Positions 12,675 to 24,044 of a stretch of 64,000 nt of DNA are shown here, one piece after another. Under the pieces are notes generated by a model, which saw only the letters and a list, made by a program, of their open reading frames with translations, was not told the DNA's origin and ran no database searches. The number at the start of each line of letters is the position of its first letter. Positions within the stretch are counted from its first letter, which is position 1. The translations under genes and the position numbers were made by a program. Location: positions 372,001 to 436,000 of the forward strand of contig CP060764.1 of the NCBI GenBank assembly GCA_023205875.1, written 5' to 3'. This stretch comes from Chloropicon primus (lineage: Eukaryota).

Positions 12675-13653
12675 AGGAGAACTTAAGCAAAAGAAAGAAA
12701 AAAAAGGTGAATGAATCGTACGTTAAAGACACGCCCGCGGTGGTCGAGCGCGTCGAGGACACACCCTGCACTCGCCATTCATCGTTACCCGTGCGTCTCC
12801 CTTCCTCTCCCCCTGTCTCTCCCCCTCGGACCCGAGGTGCAACCTACCTAGCCCTCTGAAAAGATGAGAGACAGAAAGCTTGGTTTCATTTTGCTTTGCT
12901 TTGCTTTGTTTTGAGCCCAACCAATCCATCCATAAAGGAATCATCCGTCAACAAATGCATCCTTGCCGTTGCATACGGCCTCCGCCCTCTCCTGCTGGAC
13001 GATCGATCGATGTTTTCCCGCCTGTCGAAGGGAAACAAAGACAGGAGGACACCATGAAACCATCCACCCATCCCAATCCATCCATGCCATGCATCAAGTC
13101 AAGACCAAAGGAGATGCATCCTTGCGATTGCATCCGTGACCCCCCTGGGCCTCTCCTGCTGCCCGATGTTTTCCCGCCTCAGCTTGAATCCACGTCATGT
13201 CGTTGGCCCCTCCTCTCCTGTCCTCCCCCCCGGTGGTGTGCTATTTCCATCGAAACCTCCCTCCGCCTTATCTCAATTATCTCAAACCCAAAAAAAAAAA
13301 AAAAAAAAACTTTTGCTCTCCTTTCCCTCAACGATCACAAAAGAAACGAACAACGTGGCGACCGACGAAGAGGACGACAAAGGTACGGACGGAAGGACAC
13401 GAACGCGAACGCTGCCGGAGTGACCAAGGGGTTCATGTTTCTTCTTCTTCTTCTCCTCCTCTTCCTCGCCGCCGTCGCGCGCTCGCGCGCTCGCTGTTCT
13501 GTTTTGTTCCTGACGGAAGTTTCTTCTTCTTCTTCTTCTTCTTCTTCTTCTTGCTTTGTTCCTTCTTCATGGGTCATGGTGTTTGGTTTTGTGCGGACGG
13601 AACGGCGCATAGGCTTCACGGAAACTTACTTTTAAGAACAACCGAAAAAAACG

Positions 13654-14677
13654 ATGACGGAGACACTTTCTTTCGGAGCGCTCGGAAAGGCAGCCAAGGA
13701 CCTCCTCAGCGGCGGCTTCCAGCTGAACCAGAAGGTTACCGCGACCACCAAGACTGACACTGGCGTCGACTTCACCGTCAGTGGTGTGAAGAAGGACGAC
13801 AAGCTCGATGGAGACATCAAGGCGGCTTACAAGGCGTCCTGCGGGTACTCCGCGGACATCAAAGTCTCCGCAGACTCCAAGGTGACTTCCACCATCGCAT
13901 ACTCTAAGCTCTTCCCAGGGCTCAAGGTCTCCCTCAACGGGTCCATCCCTGACAAGGCCTCCGGAAAGGTAAGAGACCGGCGTCGACCAGAGACTGCGTG
14001 TGCCCCAGACATGTTCGCTGGCGTCTTCGTTCGTTCGATCCGCCACCAAAACCGAATCGTTGTTGCTGTTTTCAATCCGAGTGTGCTTCGAAGAGATCTT
14101 CGTAGGTTTTCTGGTCCCCGAGGACACCGAACAGAGCACTGACTCTCTTCCCTTCTTTCGGCAACAGTTGTCCTTCAACTTCACCAAGCCTCTTTACACC
14201 TTGAACGGCAACGTGGGTCTCACCAGCACCCCTAAGGCTGAGTGCAGCATGAGCGTCGGCCACGGAGGACTCAGCGTCGGAGCTGAGGCCGGATACTGCA
14301 CAAAGACCACCTCCGTCACCAAGTGGAGCCTTGGTGCCGCTTATGTTGCGTCTGACTACAAGTGCGCCCTCATCGTGGGGGACAAGGGTGACTCTGTCAA
14401 GGCCTCCTACGTTCACACCGTCTCTGCGGATACGTCTGTCGGAGGAGAGGTCGTTAGAAAGTTCGGAGCTGACAGCACCACTTTCACCGTTGGAGCTGCT
14501 CACAAGCTAGAGAACGGAGCTTCCACGAAGGCCAAGATAGACAACTCCGGTATCGCTTCTCTGTTGTACGAGCAGGAGTTCGCCCCTAAGTCAAAGACCG
14601 CTGTCACCCTGCAGTTCGACACCATGAACCTCAACAAGTCTGCGAAGGTTGGAGTCGCTATGGACTTCAGGTCGTAA
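13654..14677 (+). CDS. VDAC: Mitochondrial outer membrane porin
   Basis: Exons 13654-13968 and 14168-14677. N-terminal FGALGKAAKDLL helix, alternating beta-strands, TKAKIDNSG and C-terminal KVGVAMDF. Confidence 0.92.
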
Positions 14678-14852
14678 ACAAGTGGGAGCTGACACGGCGC
14701 CCTTGCAAAAATAAACGACGCCGTAAACATGATAAATGAATGGAGTAAATCTGTGAAAAAAAAGTAAAACTTTTTGAGACTCTCTCTCTCTCTCTCCCTG
14801 GAAATGGGACGCCACTTCCCGTGCGCTCCGCAGCAGCAACATCGCGCCATCG

Positions 14853-16087
14853 TTAGATTTTGCTGCAGACGGCATTCGTGAAGTCTCTCGTCGTGCTCTT
14901 GCCCCCAAGGTCTCCAGTGAGATACTTGCCCTCTGCGATCGTGCCAAGCAAGGCCTTCTCGATCTTGTCGGCGTGCGTCCCGAGCTCCATGTGCCTCAGC
15001 AGCATGACGCTGCTCAACAACAAGGCCGTTGGATTCGCAAGGTCCTTGCCTGCGATATCTGGGGCGGTTCCGTGCACCGCCTCGGCCAGGGCTATCCCTC
15101 CGTCGCCGACGTTCAGACTTGGAGTGACCCCGAGCCCACCGACCAAGCCCGCACACAAATCGCTCACAATATCACCGTAAAGGTTTGGCATGACGAGGAC
15201 GTCGAACTGGGAGGGGTCCTTCACCAGCTGCATGCAGCAGTTGTCAATGATCTTCTCCTCGAACTCGATTTCCGGGTTCTTCTCCGCGATGGCTCTGCAG
15301 CACTCGAGGAAGAGTCCGTCCGCCTTCTTCATGATGTTGGCCTTGTGCACCGCAGTCACCTTGGATCTGTTGTTCTCCTTCGCGTAACGAAAGGCGTACT
15401 CCGCGACCCTCCTGCTCGCTTTCTCCGTGATCACCTTGAGGGACTCCACCACGCCTGGGACGACCTCGTGCTCCAGCCCCGAGTACTCCCCCTCCGTGTT
15501 CTCCCTGATGGTCACCAAGTTCACGTTGTCATACTGTCGAGGCGCGGCGAGCAAAGGAACACACAAGCGGTCAGCCTCAGAACTGGAACGCCACGAGAGC
15601 AAACTCAAGCGAGGAAGCACCACCTACCTTTGTTTTGTATCCTGGAATCGAGAAGCAGGGGCGGATGTTGGCGTACAAACCGAGCTGCACGCCAACAAGC
15701 CGGGGGCAGAGAGGAAGCAGAACAAGGTGTGTCAGGCCAGGTGCGCGCCGCAAAGAGAAAAGAAAAAGAACAGAAACGTACCTCCTTCCTCAGCGTGAGG
15801 TTCAGACTCCTGTGGCCCTTGCCGATTGGCGTCGCCATGGGCCCCTTCAAGCCCAAGCCGTTCCTCAGCAGCGAGTCGAGGGCCTCCCTCGTCACCATGG
15901 ACGACGTCGAGGGGTCTATGACTTCGGGACTGAAGTGGTGCTCCTCCCACTGCAAGGGAACGCTTGCCACCTCGAAGACTTGCCTCACCGCCTTGGCTAT
16001 CTCTGGCCCAATCCCATCGCCTGGCAAAAACGTCGCAAGTGGAACCCCACCTCCTCTGACCTTGCTCGCTATCCCTCGCGCAGCCAT
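14853..16087 (-). CDS. NAD-dependent isocitrate dehydrogenase, catalytic subunit
   Basis: Exons 16087-15782, 15684-15628, 15533-14853. [54 protein letters not shown], with catalytic Arg/Asp residues retained. Confidence 0.95.
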
Positions 16088-16328
16088 GCTCACACACACA
16101 CACACACACACACTCTTCCCTAACGACCGCCAAATCCAACAAGGCACCGCTCGTTCGAAAGCTCTCGAGACGTTCTTTCGTCTAGCGAGGACCACCACCC
16201 CTTCACCTCTACGTGTCGTCCGTGACCCTTCCCTATTGGTATTGGTATTGGGTATCACTCCCTCCACTCCTCGTCTGCCTGCCTGCTGCTGCTCTGCACT
16301 TTACAGCGAGGACGGAGGTGGCACCTTG

Positions 16329-16362
<34 letters not shown>

Positions 16363-16472
16363 TGAAGAGGAAGACGAGGACGAGGAGGAGGCCGTGACTG
16401 GACGAAGCGCCATCCTTGCCTTGTTTCACGTCTGTTGCAGGTTTTGGTTTTGGTTTTGGTTTGTTGTTTCTC

Positions 16473-16539
<67 letters not shown>
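16473..16539 (+). repeat. (ATTG)n tetranucleotide microsatellite
   Basis: About 16-17 perfect copies immediately upstream of the ATG at 16550. Confidence 0.95.
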
Positions 16540-16549
16540 CAGGAGAAGG

Positions 16550-17677
16550 ATGATGTTGAGCCGCCTTGGTAGGATATGCTCGAGTTTGTCTCGACAGGGG
16601 TTAGTGAGTCGGGCTCTCCTCAGCACCTCGACGTACGTCCATCGGCCAGGAGAGGGAAGCGTGAAACGCGTCACGCTTCTTCCTGGGGATGGCATCGGTC
16701 CTGAGGTCACCCAGTGCGTGGAGCGTGTGGTGGACGTCATGAAGGTTCCCATTGTGTGGGAGAAGTTCAATTCGATCTCCGGAGCGGACGCTGACGGGCA
16801 CCCCGTGGAGGCCCTGCCCGAAGAGCTTCTCGCTAGCCTGAGAAGGAACAAGGTCTGCATCAAAGGCACGCTCTTTGCTCCTTTGTATAAGGAGAACACG
16901 AACACGCAGTCCCTCAATGTCCTGCTGAGGAAGGAGCTGGACCTTTACGTGAACCTTGTCCACGCCTTTTCGATCCCTGAAGTCCAAACTCGCCACGAGG
17001 ACATTGACATTGTCATCGTCAGGGAGAACACGGAGGGGGAGTACTCGGGGCTGGAGCACGAGGTCGTCCCAGGCGTGGTGGAGTCCCTCAAGGTGATCAC
17101 GGAGAAAAACTCCAGGCGCATCGCCGAGTATGCCTTTGAGTACGCCCTGATGAACAACAGGAAGAAGGTCACCGCTGTGCACAAGGCGAACATCATGAAG
17201 CTCGGAGACGGGCAGTTCCTGTCCGTCTGCAGGGAAACGGCGGCCAAGTTCCCAACGATTGAGTTCGAGGAGATGATTGTGGACGCCACCTGCATGCGTC
17301 TCGTGAGCAACCCGCAAGACTTCGATGTCATGGTGACGCCAAACTTGTACGGCAACCTGATTGCCAACCTCGCTGCAGGGCTTGCGGGCGGGGCAGGAAT
17401 CGTACCCGGAGTGAACCTGGGCTCCGAAGGAATCGCGGTGTTTGAGCAAGGCGCGAGGCACGTGGCCCGATCGTTGCAGGGGAAGAACCTCGCCAACCCA
17501 ACGGCAATGCTTTTGAGCTCGGCGATGCTCTTCCGCCACCTGCAGTGGCCATCGATGGCAGACAGGCTCGAGACTGCCATCATGAAAGTCCTCCAGGATC
17601 CAGCGTTGCACACGACAGACATTGACGGAAGTGCTACTACAAGCATGTACATGGACGCCATCGTCAAGGAGCTTTAG
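16550..17677 (+). CDS. NAD-dependent isocitrate dehydrogenase, regulatory subunit
   Basis: Intronless. LYVNLVH, NLYGNLIAN and FEQGARH replace the catalytic motifs, as expected for the non-catalytic subunit. Mitochondrial presequence-like N-terminus. Confidence 0.95.
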   Translation: MMLSRLGRICSSLSRQGLVSRALLSTSTYVHRPGEGSVKRVTLLPGDGIGPEVTQCVERVVDVMKVPIVWEKFNSISGADADGHPVEALPEELLASLRRNKVCIKGTLFAPLYKENTNTQSLNVLLRKELDLYVNLVHAFSIPEVQTRHEDIDIVIVRENTEGEYSGLEHEVVPGVVESLKVITEKNSRRIAEYAFEYALMNNRKKVTAVHKANIMKLGDGQFLSVCRETAAKFPTIEFEEMIVDATCMRLVSNPQDFDVMVTPNLYGNLIANLAAGLAGGAGIVPGVNLGSEGIAVFEQGARHVARSLQGKNLANPTAMLLSSAMLFRHLQWPSMADRLETAIMKVLQDPALHTTDIDGSATTSMYMDAIVKEL

Positions 17678-17689
17678 ACCTAAGGTTCG

Positions 17690-17694
17690 TGTAA
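17690..17694 (+). promoter_or_regulatory. TGTAA polyadenylation signal (representative)
   Basis: TGTAA recurs shortly after + strand stop codons (4580, 17690, 28671, 29992, 48595). UGUAA is the known chlorophyte poly(A) signal. Confidence 0.55.
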
Positions 17695-17724
17695 ATACAT
17701 TCTCTCCGCTTATTCTTGGTTGCG

Positions 17725-18795
17725 TCACAGGCGCTCCAGAAGGCCCGCTATGTTGTTCACGATCGCCATGTCGATCCCGTGGTCCCTCAGCGGCTTGAAG
17801 AAGTGGGCTTCCCCCGTGTACAGCAGAAAGGAGAGAGTCACCGGGATGGCGAAAGCCTTGGGGGGCTTTCCGAAACGCTTGTGCAGCAGGGACTCCGCGA
17901 GCACGTAGAACCCTTGGAATGAGAAGTACTTGAGCCACGACCACGTCACGACGCCTCCCGAGACGTACGCAAAGCAGACCTCGTGCATGATCCCGCTCAT
18001 CGCAAAACACGCGAGAGTCGCGAGCGACGTCCTCCCCAACGACCGCCGCCTCCGTTGCTTCGCCGTCCCCTTTCGAACGAGCTCTCCTTCCATGATCGGA
18101 TCGTAGACGACGACCTTGAGGAGCTTGGCGACGTGTTGGTTCCAGCGGAGGGACCAGAATTCCCGGAGGGAGGCCGACGCGTAGAACAGCTGGAAGCTTC
18201 TCTCCACCGGCAGGTTATTCAACACCGTTGCCGATATGCAGCCCAGGCCATCCTCCACGATGCCAAGGAGCGCGTAAAGCCCGAAGCAGAAGATGAAGTC
18301 CATCACGTACCTGTTGTAACTGTTTTTCGACAGCAAGGACACGACGCCGCAGAGCACGATGCCCTTGGCGATCACTTTGCCCCCGTACTCGGCCAGCTGG
18401 TCCCTGAGAGGGTGGCCGCCAGCCTTGTCCTTCCCCGGCCTCGGCGAGAAGGGCAAGAGCAGAACCATCGCAAAGGAGACCAAGTCTTGATCGACCAGAG
18501 TCAGGGGACCCCTCCCGAAGCTGAAGGCCAGCACCTTGAAGTTCGACCACCAGGCAAACTGCCCAGCAAGTACGGCTCTCGCCACCACCTGCTCCCTGCT
18601 CACGATCAGGGGCACGAACAGACCAACAACCATGTAGGGAAGGACAAGAATTAACCGACCGACTCCGGGCCTCTCCCTCCTGCTCGCCAGGACCATCAGC
18701 CCCGCGGCGAGCACGCTCAACGCCAGCACAAGCCTGGTACCGTGATCCCCATCACCACTCGAAGGTGGGTGTTTGAAGCTGAGCCACGACGCCAT
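17725..18795 (-). CDS. MBOAT wax-synthase-like (long-chain-alcohol O-fatty-acyltransferase) protein
   Basis: WWSNFKVLAFSFGRGPL, SASLREFWSLRWN, FAMSGIMHE with the catalytic His. ATG at 18795. Confidence 0.88.
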   Translation of the reverse strand: MASWLSFKHPPSSGDGDHGTRLVLALSVLAAGLMVLASRRERPGVGRLILVLPYMVVGLFVPLIVSREQVVARAVLAGQFAWWSNFKVLAFSFGRGPLTLVDQDLVSFAMVLLLPFSPRPGKDKAGGHPLRDQLAEYGGKVIAKGIVLCGVVSLLSKNSYNRYVMDFIFCFGLYALLGIVEDGLGCISATVLNNLPVERSFQLFYASASLREFWSLRWNQHVAKLLKVVVYDPIMEGELVRKGTAKQRRRRSLGRTSLATLACFAMSGIMHEVCFAYVSGGVVTWSWLKYFSFQGFYVLAESLLHKRFGKPPKAFAIPVTLSFLLYTGEAHFFKPLRDHGIDMAIVNNIAGLLERL

Positions 18796-19243
18796 GCTTA
18801 ATGGAAGCAACCGAAGCCGAAGCCGGAGCCGACGACAACGACAACGGGAACGACAACGGGAACGGGATGGTCGAACACTCCCCTGCCCAACCGTCAAGAG
18901 AAAGGAAAGGAAGAGAGAGAGAGAGGAGGAGAGGAGCGTGATCGAAGTATGGGGCCGATTGCACTCAAGATGGACTCGCTCACACCCGAACTCCTTCGAA
19001 AGCGCGCGCGAGAAGAAGCTTTGTCTGCGGTTGGTTTGCCTTAATCAGAAGCCAAGGCTTGGGTTCCCTCAAAAGATGCCTTGGTCCCTTCGATAGGAGA
19101 GACAAGGCAACGCTTGGTCCTCTTTCTGCTTCTGATTAAGGGAACGACGCTTGAGACGCTTGAGGGTGAAACGTCTTGCGATGGACCAAGAGGAAAGAGG
19201 AAGAGATTCACCTTGGGTAAGGGTTTTACAACCTCCAAGGCTC

Positions 19244-19303
<60 letters not shown>

Positions 19304-19898
19304 CGGTGTCGTTCCGCTCCTCCCACCCTCCCTCTAATTCCCCTTTGTCTCGGGAACATCAAGACTTCGGCTGTGTGTCTTGTTTGTCGCGGGAAAAAGC
19401 CCACCGTCCGATATACCTTGCCTTTGTTTTCCAACCCTGGTTGGAATTGCTTCCTCCCTTCCTCCCTCTCTTCATGCTCTTGTCTCTCTCTCGCTCTCGC
19501 TCTCTCTTTGCAAAGCTGCTGGCCTGCCAAGCTGTGGCGAGGGGAAGGACCGACAACTTGGAACCGAACCGAGCAAGGCGGAGAACGTGTCGGTGGCTCC
19601 GGACAACCCACACACCACACGACGAGGAACGACCACTCACTAGTTGTCGTCGACGGCGGCTCGTGAAAGGACCGCGAAAAGACGCTCCTCGTCGAGAAGG
19701 GAAGGATATTCATTCCATTTTGTATCCATATCCTCTGCATAGAGGCGCCAGTTGTTCCATAGTTTACTCCATTCCTTGAGACGAGACGGAGAGACAGAGA
19801 GAGAGAGAGATGTTCGAGGTACAGTAGGGGAGAAGGGGACGATAGAACTATCGAGTTGCTGAAGAGAGCGAGCGCGAAGACGAGGCCTTAGTATCAAT

Positions 19899-22361
19899 AT
19901 GACCGAGAAGGTGCATCCTGCTCCGGAGGAAGGGGAACCCTCAGGGGACTCGGAGCCGGTGGCCTCCCTGCCAGAGAAGAGGGACAAGAAGGGAGGGAGA
20001 TCCAAGCCAAAGAGCGGGTCTTTCACCTGGAACGAGTTGAACTCGAACAAGGTGGACACGGTGTCGAAGAAGAAGGCAAGGCACAAGGCAGACTCCATAT
20101 TTGATGTGGGCAAGGCTCTGGAGAAGAAGCGTAGCGTCAAGGGAGGTATACGCAGGCACACGATGATGGCCATATCGCAGCCCAAGCATACCTTGTCCGT
20201 CCTTAAGAGGGATGGGGACGGGAAGGGAGGCACGGGTAACGGGGAGAGCGAGGATGGGGAAGGGAAGGGTTACTTCGACTTGAAGAAGACTGCCCGCAGC
20301 GCCAGCTTAGATATCAAGAAGGACGTGGGTGAGCTGAACGTCATCTTGGAGGCCTTGGATCCCCAGCACCAAGCGAACCTCAAGAGGCATATGAAGTCTG
20401 CTCTGGGGAGGGTCACGGACAACCTGAAGCACCTGAATTTCCTTCAGGACAGGGCCGACCACATGGCCCTTAAGATGGTAAGGGCGACCAACTGGGCTCA
20501 CTCCAAGGAGGTGAGGAAGAAGAGGCTCACGATAGGGAATATAACTTTCGCGGGAGACCACAGTGATCACAACGGATCCTACTTTGGCAAGATATCGGGA
20601 ACATGGACGATGGCTATCTTTTGCTTGTTGACCATGCTCTGCATGCTTCTGAACCAAGGGCACCCGGTGGACTACACTGCCTTTGACCATCTGAAGACGG
20701 TGAGCCCGGAGAAGCCGTACACGAAGTACCTCAACAGCAAGCCACTGGACGTGATCCAGGTGGCTCTGTCGAAGGATTCCTATTCCAGCGACACGGGCTT
20801 CGTGACCGTGCAGCTCGAGCAGGAACTGAATACGACGACGACTAGCGTGACCAATGTGATAGGACAAGAGATGATCGTGGACCTGTCGTCGAAGCAGATC
20901 AACACGTTCCACTTCAGATTCTTTCCAAAGCGGTCTGACGTGTTCAACGAGGACAGGCCTCTGCGTGTGGTGATCCAGGGGCCGTTCAACTCCAACTTGG
21001 ATGCCATTGCTCTCAAGGCGCACATCGAGCAGCACGGGCCTCTGGGACTGTGGCAGGAGTACATCGCAGCCACGGTCCTTTGCATCGTGCTGGGGATCAT
21101 CGCCCTCGAGCTGCTGGACAGGACCCTCAGCGCGATGATCGGAGCGAGCCTGATGATTGGCCTCCTCGTTCTGCTGAACAAGGCACCGGATTTGAAGACC
21201 ATTATCAGCTGGTGCGACGAGGGGACCCTTGGCCTGCTCTTCGGCATGATGGTCATCGTAAGCAAGCTGTCCCTGACGGGATTCATGGACCTGATGACTT
21301 ACAAGCTCATCCCCTTCTGCAACGGATCGAAGTACAGGCTGTTGTACATACTGTGTGCGATCACGGCAGTCATGTCTGCGTTCCTTGACAACGTCACGAC
21401 GGTCCTTCTGGTCGCCCCGCTGACCGTCTCCCTGTCGAGGGCACTCAAGATGAACCCCCTTCCCTTCTTGACGGGGGAGGTCCTCTTCAGCAACATTGGC
21501 GGGACAGCGACCTTGATCGGAGATCCACCGAACGTGATCGTGGGGAGCAGGCTTTCGGACGACTTGACTTTCCTGGACTTCATCGTGTCCCTCGGCCCCG
21601 CCGTGATTCTGATGAGCCTGCCCTGCATGCTTGTCATCGTCAGCTTTTACAGGAAGGAGCTGAGTGGGCCCCTGAACAACGTGGAGGACCTCGTGAAGAA
21701 GGCCAACGAGGGGATCAAGGACCCTGAGCTCTTCAATTACTGCATGATCTGCCTGGTGATGGTCCTCTTTGGGTTTCTGCTGCACCCGGTGCATCACGTG
21801 AACCCCGCCTGGATCGCAATCAGTGGAGCCATCCTTCTGTTGATCTTCTCCTCGCCGCACGACATTGAGCCGGCCCTGGAGAGTGTGGAGTGGTCGACCT
21901 TGCTGTTCTTCGCCTCGCTCTTTGTCATGGTGGAGGCGATGGCGGAAGTCGGACTTATTTCGACCATTGGCCAAGCGATATCTGACCTGATCGAGAGCGT
22001 GGACGAGAAGAACAGACTCCTCGTGGCGATCGTGATCGTCCTGTGGATCAGTGCGCTTGTGTCCGCCTTCCTGGACAACATCCCATACACGGCCACCATG
22101 GTGCCGATTATCGTCCAGCTTGCCTCCAACGAGAAGCTGGGGCTGGACATCAAGCCCTTGGCTTGGTCTCTTTGTTTTGGGGCGTGCTTGGGAGGAAATG
22201 GGTCTCTCATGGGGGCGAGTGCCAACATCGTGGTCGCAGGTATTGCCGACAAGAGTGGTTACCCTCTTACGTTTACGAGCTTCTTCAACATAGGATTCAG
22301 GGTCATGATCGTGTCTGTAACAATAAGCACCGCCTACATGCTGTTAGTCTACTGTACTTAA
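19899..22361 (+). CDS. P-protein/OCA2-like ArsB-NhaD (CitMHS) transporter
   Basis: TLGLLFGMM, SAFLDNVTT, SNIGGTATLIGDPPN, SAFLDNIP, GACLGGNGSLMGASAN. Multiple TM helices. Confidence 0.9.
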   Translation: MTEKVHPAPEEGEPSGDSEPVASLPEKRDKKGGRSKPKSGSFTWNELNSNKVDTVSKKKARHKADSIFDVGKALEKKRSVKGGIRRHTMMAISQPKHTLSVLKRDGDGKGGTGNGESEDGEGKGYFDLKKTARSASLDIKKDVGELNVILEALDPQHQANLKRHMKSALGRVTDNLKHLNFLQDRADHMALKMVRATNWAHSKEVRKKRLTIGNITFAGDHSDHNGSYFGKISGTWTMAIFCLLTMLCMLLNQGHPVDYTAFDHLKTVSPEKPYTKYLNSKPLDVIQVALSKDSYSSDTGFVTVQLEQELNTTTTSVTNVIGQEMIVDLSSKQINTFHFRFFPKRSDVFNEDRPLRVVIQGPFNSNLDAIALKAHIEQHGPLGLWQEYIAATVLCIVLGIIALELLDRTLSAMIGASLMIGLLVLLNKAPDLKTIISWCDEGTLGLLFGMMVIVSKLSLTGFMDLMTYKLIPFCNGSKYRLLYILCAITAVMSAFLDNVTTVLLVAPLTVSLSRALKMNPLPFLTGEVLFSNIGGTATLIGDPPNVIVGSRLSDDLTFLDFIVSLGPAVILMSLPCMLVIVSFYRKELSGPLNNVEDLVKKANEGIKDPELFNYCMICLVMVLFGFLLHPVHHVNPAWIAISGAILLLIFSSPHDIEPALESVEWSTLLFFASLFVMVEAMAEVGLISTIGQAISDLIESVDEKNRLLVAIVIVLWISALVSAFLDNIPYTATMVPIIVQLASNEKLGLDIKPLAWSLCFGACLGGNGSLMGASANIVVAGIADKSGYPLTFTSFFNIGFRVMIVSVTISTAYMLLVYCT

Positions 22362-22661
22362 TAAATAGACAAAGAATTGTATTGATATACTGGTAAACAA
22401 ACATTTTTATTTTACTGGAAACAAACCAAGAGCTCTCACTCACGCTCTCTCTCACGCTCTCTCTCTCTCTCTCTCTTGAAGCAAAGCGCACACTTCCTTG
22501 CCTTGGTCCTCCTCCAACACCACACCTTGGACATGTGCAAAGAGGAGGAGCAGAAACGGCAAAGTCCTCTCCCTCGTGCGCACAGTGGCACCCGACTCTG
22601 TGCATGACGCAACCTCGAGCATATCCCCCCGACACCCGAAGCTCACACGCACACACGCGTG

Positions 22662-22699
<38 letters not shown>

Positions 22700-22719
22700 C
22701 TGTGTGTGCTACTCTGCAC

Positions 22720-23106
22720 CCCCGTTCGAGATGTCCGTAATGGACGTGGCCTGGAGGTACTCCACCCGCCTCTCTATGCTGTTGGGTTACGGGCGCATGC
22801 ACACGACAACACGATGAAGGCGAAGAACAGAAGCAGGGGGGGGAGGCCGCTGTGTGAGTCCCTTGTCTCCAAGTCCCTACCTTTCCCGCACACACGCACA
22901 CACACACACACACAAACAAACAAGCTTCACTCTCCTCACCTGTTCAGCTTCTCGTCCAAACCTGCGAGTTTGACTCTGGCCGTGCTTTCGAACTTCTGGA
23001 GTGCCGCACGGAGCAGACGCATGTCCTGCTGGAGCAGGTTCACGTGCTTCTGGTTGCCCCGCTCGTAGGCCACCGCATGGCTTAGCTCTTGCCTTTGGTC
23101 GTTCAT
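22720..23106 (-). CDS. BRK1: BRICK1/HSPC300 subunit of the SCAR/WAVE complex (3' end uncertain)
   Basis: Exon 23106-22940 spliced to an exon starting at 22778 gives LQKFESTARVKLAGLDEKLNSIERRVEYLQA, matching the BRK1 pattern FE....KLA.L.EKL..LERR.E.LE. Stop position unresolved; a further intron is possible. Confidence 0.7.
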
Positions 23107-23279
23107 GGCCTCCCTGACAACTTGCTCTTCACTCCAAAAAATTGTGTGACAAGCAAGCAGCATGTTTCGAGGGAGGAGCGTGATGAACAAAACAAAAGTT
23201 GATAACAAGTTGGAAGATTAGATGATGGTTTACTTGACACAAAGCAGTGGGATTGGATGCCAGCCCCTTGTTCCTCCCT

Positions 23280-23432
23280 TCAAACATGATCCTGATCGAC
23301 GAAGGCCTCGTAAGCGTTGCCGGAACGATAGACGGAGTCCTTCATGTAAATGAGGTAAAGCCTTCTCACGACGTAGGCAAAGTAACACTAAGGAAGAGAA
23401 AAAGAGGGGAGGCAATGCAAGGCAGTTCAGTT

Positions 23433-23466
<34 letters not shown>

Positions 23467-24044
23467 ACGTGGCCGGAGGGGGAGAATGCTGCGGAGCTTA
23501 CCTGAAGAGCGATAGAAAAAGGATTCATGATGAGCTCTCCCAGTGCTTCGTCTTGCGCGAGGGCATCACAATCTCTTGCTGAGCTCGTGGGGTCGTCGGC
23601 ATTTGCACTGCTGTCAGCGCAAATTCTGTGGAACTTGTTGGACAAGTGACCCGAGCTGTACTCAAAGATGGTGATGAAGAACACGAGCACGGACAGGCCG
23701 ACCAGGAAAACTTGATACATGGCGAAGATATAAAGTCGATTCGCATTCCTTTCTCTGATGCCCTTGATTCCGAAGATGCATGCGACAAACCCAGTCAAGT
23801 ACTCGATGATTTTGAGCGCGCTGATGATCCACGGCTCTGCCTTCCACTCCACGGTGTTCACGGTCACGCCGAGTAAGAGGATGGACAGGCAATACCCGAT
23901 GAAGTTAACCCAAGTGAAGATGTAGACACCCTTGCCCAACTCGATGCAAAACATGCACCTTTCCTGCGTCTCCCTCGCTTTCGGGCGATTGACCTGCTCC
24001 GGCTCCTCCCGCCCAAACGAATCCATGCGGTGAGACAGGTCCAT
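23280..24044 (-). CDS. Uncharacterised 4-TM membrane protein
   Basis: Exons about 24044-23502 and 23388-23280. Four hydrophobic helices with a Cys-containing loop before the last helix. Confidence 0.65.

Noticed and set aside
18950..19890. Several 170-230 aa ORFs upstream of the P-protein gene
   Set aside because: Low-complexity translations of CT/GT microsatellites; probably promoter or 5' UTR introns.
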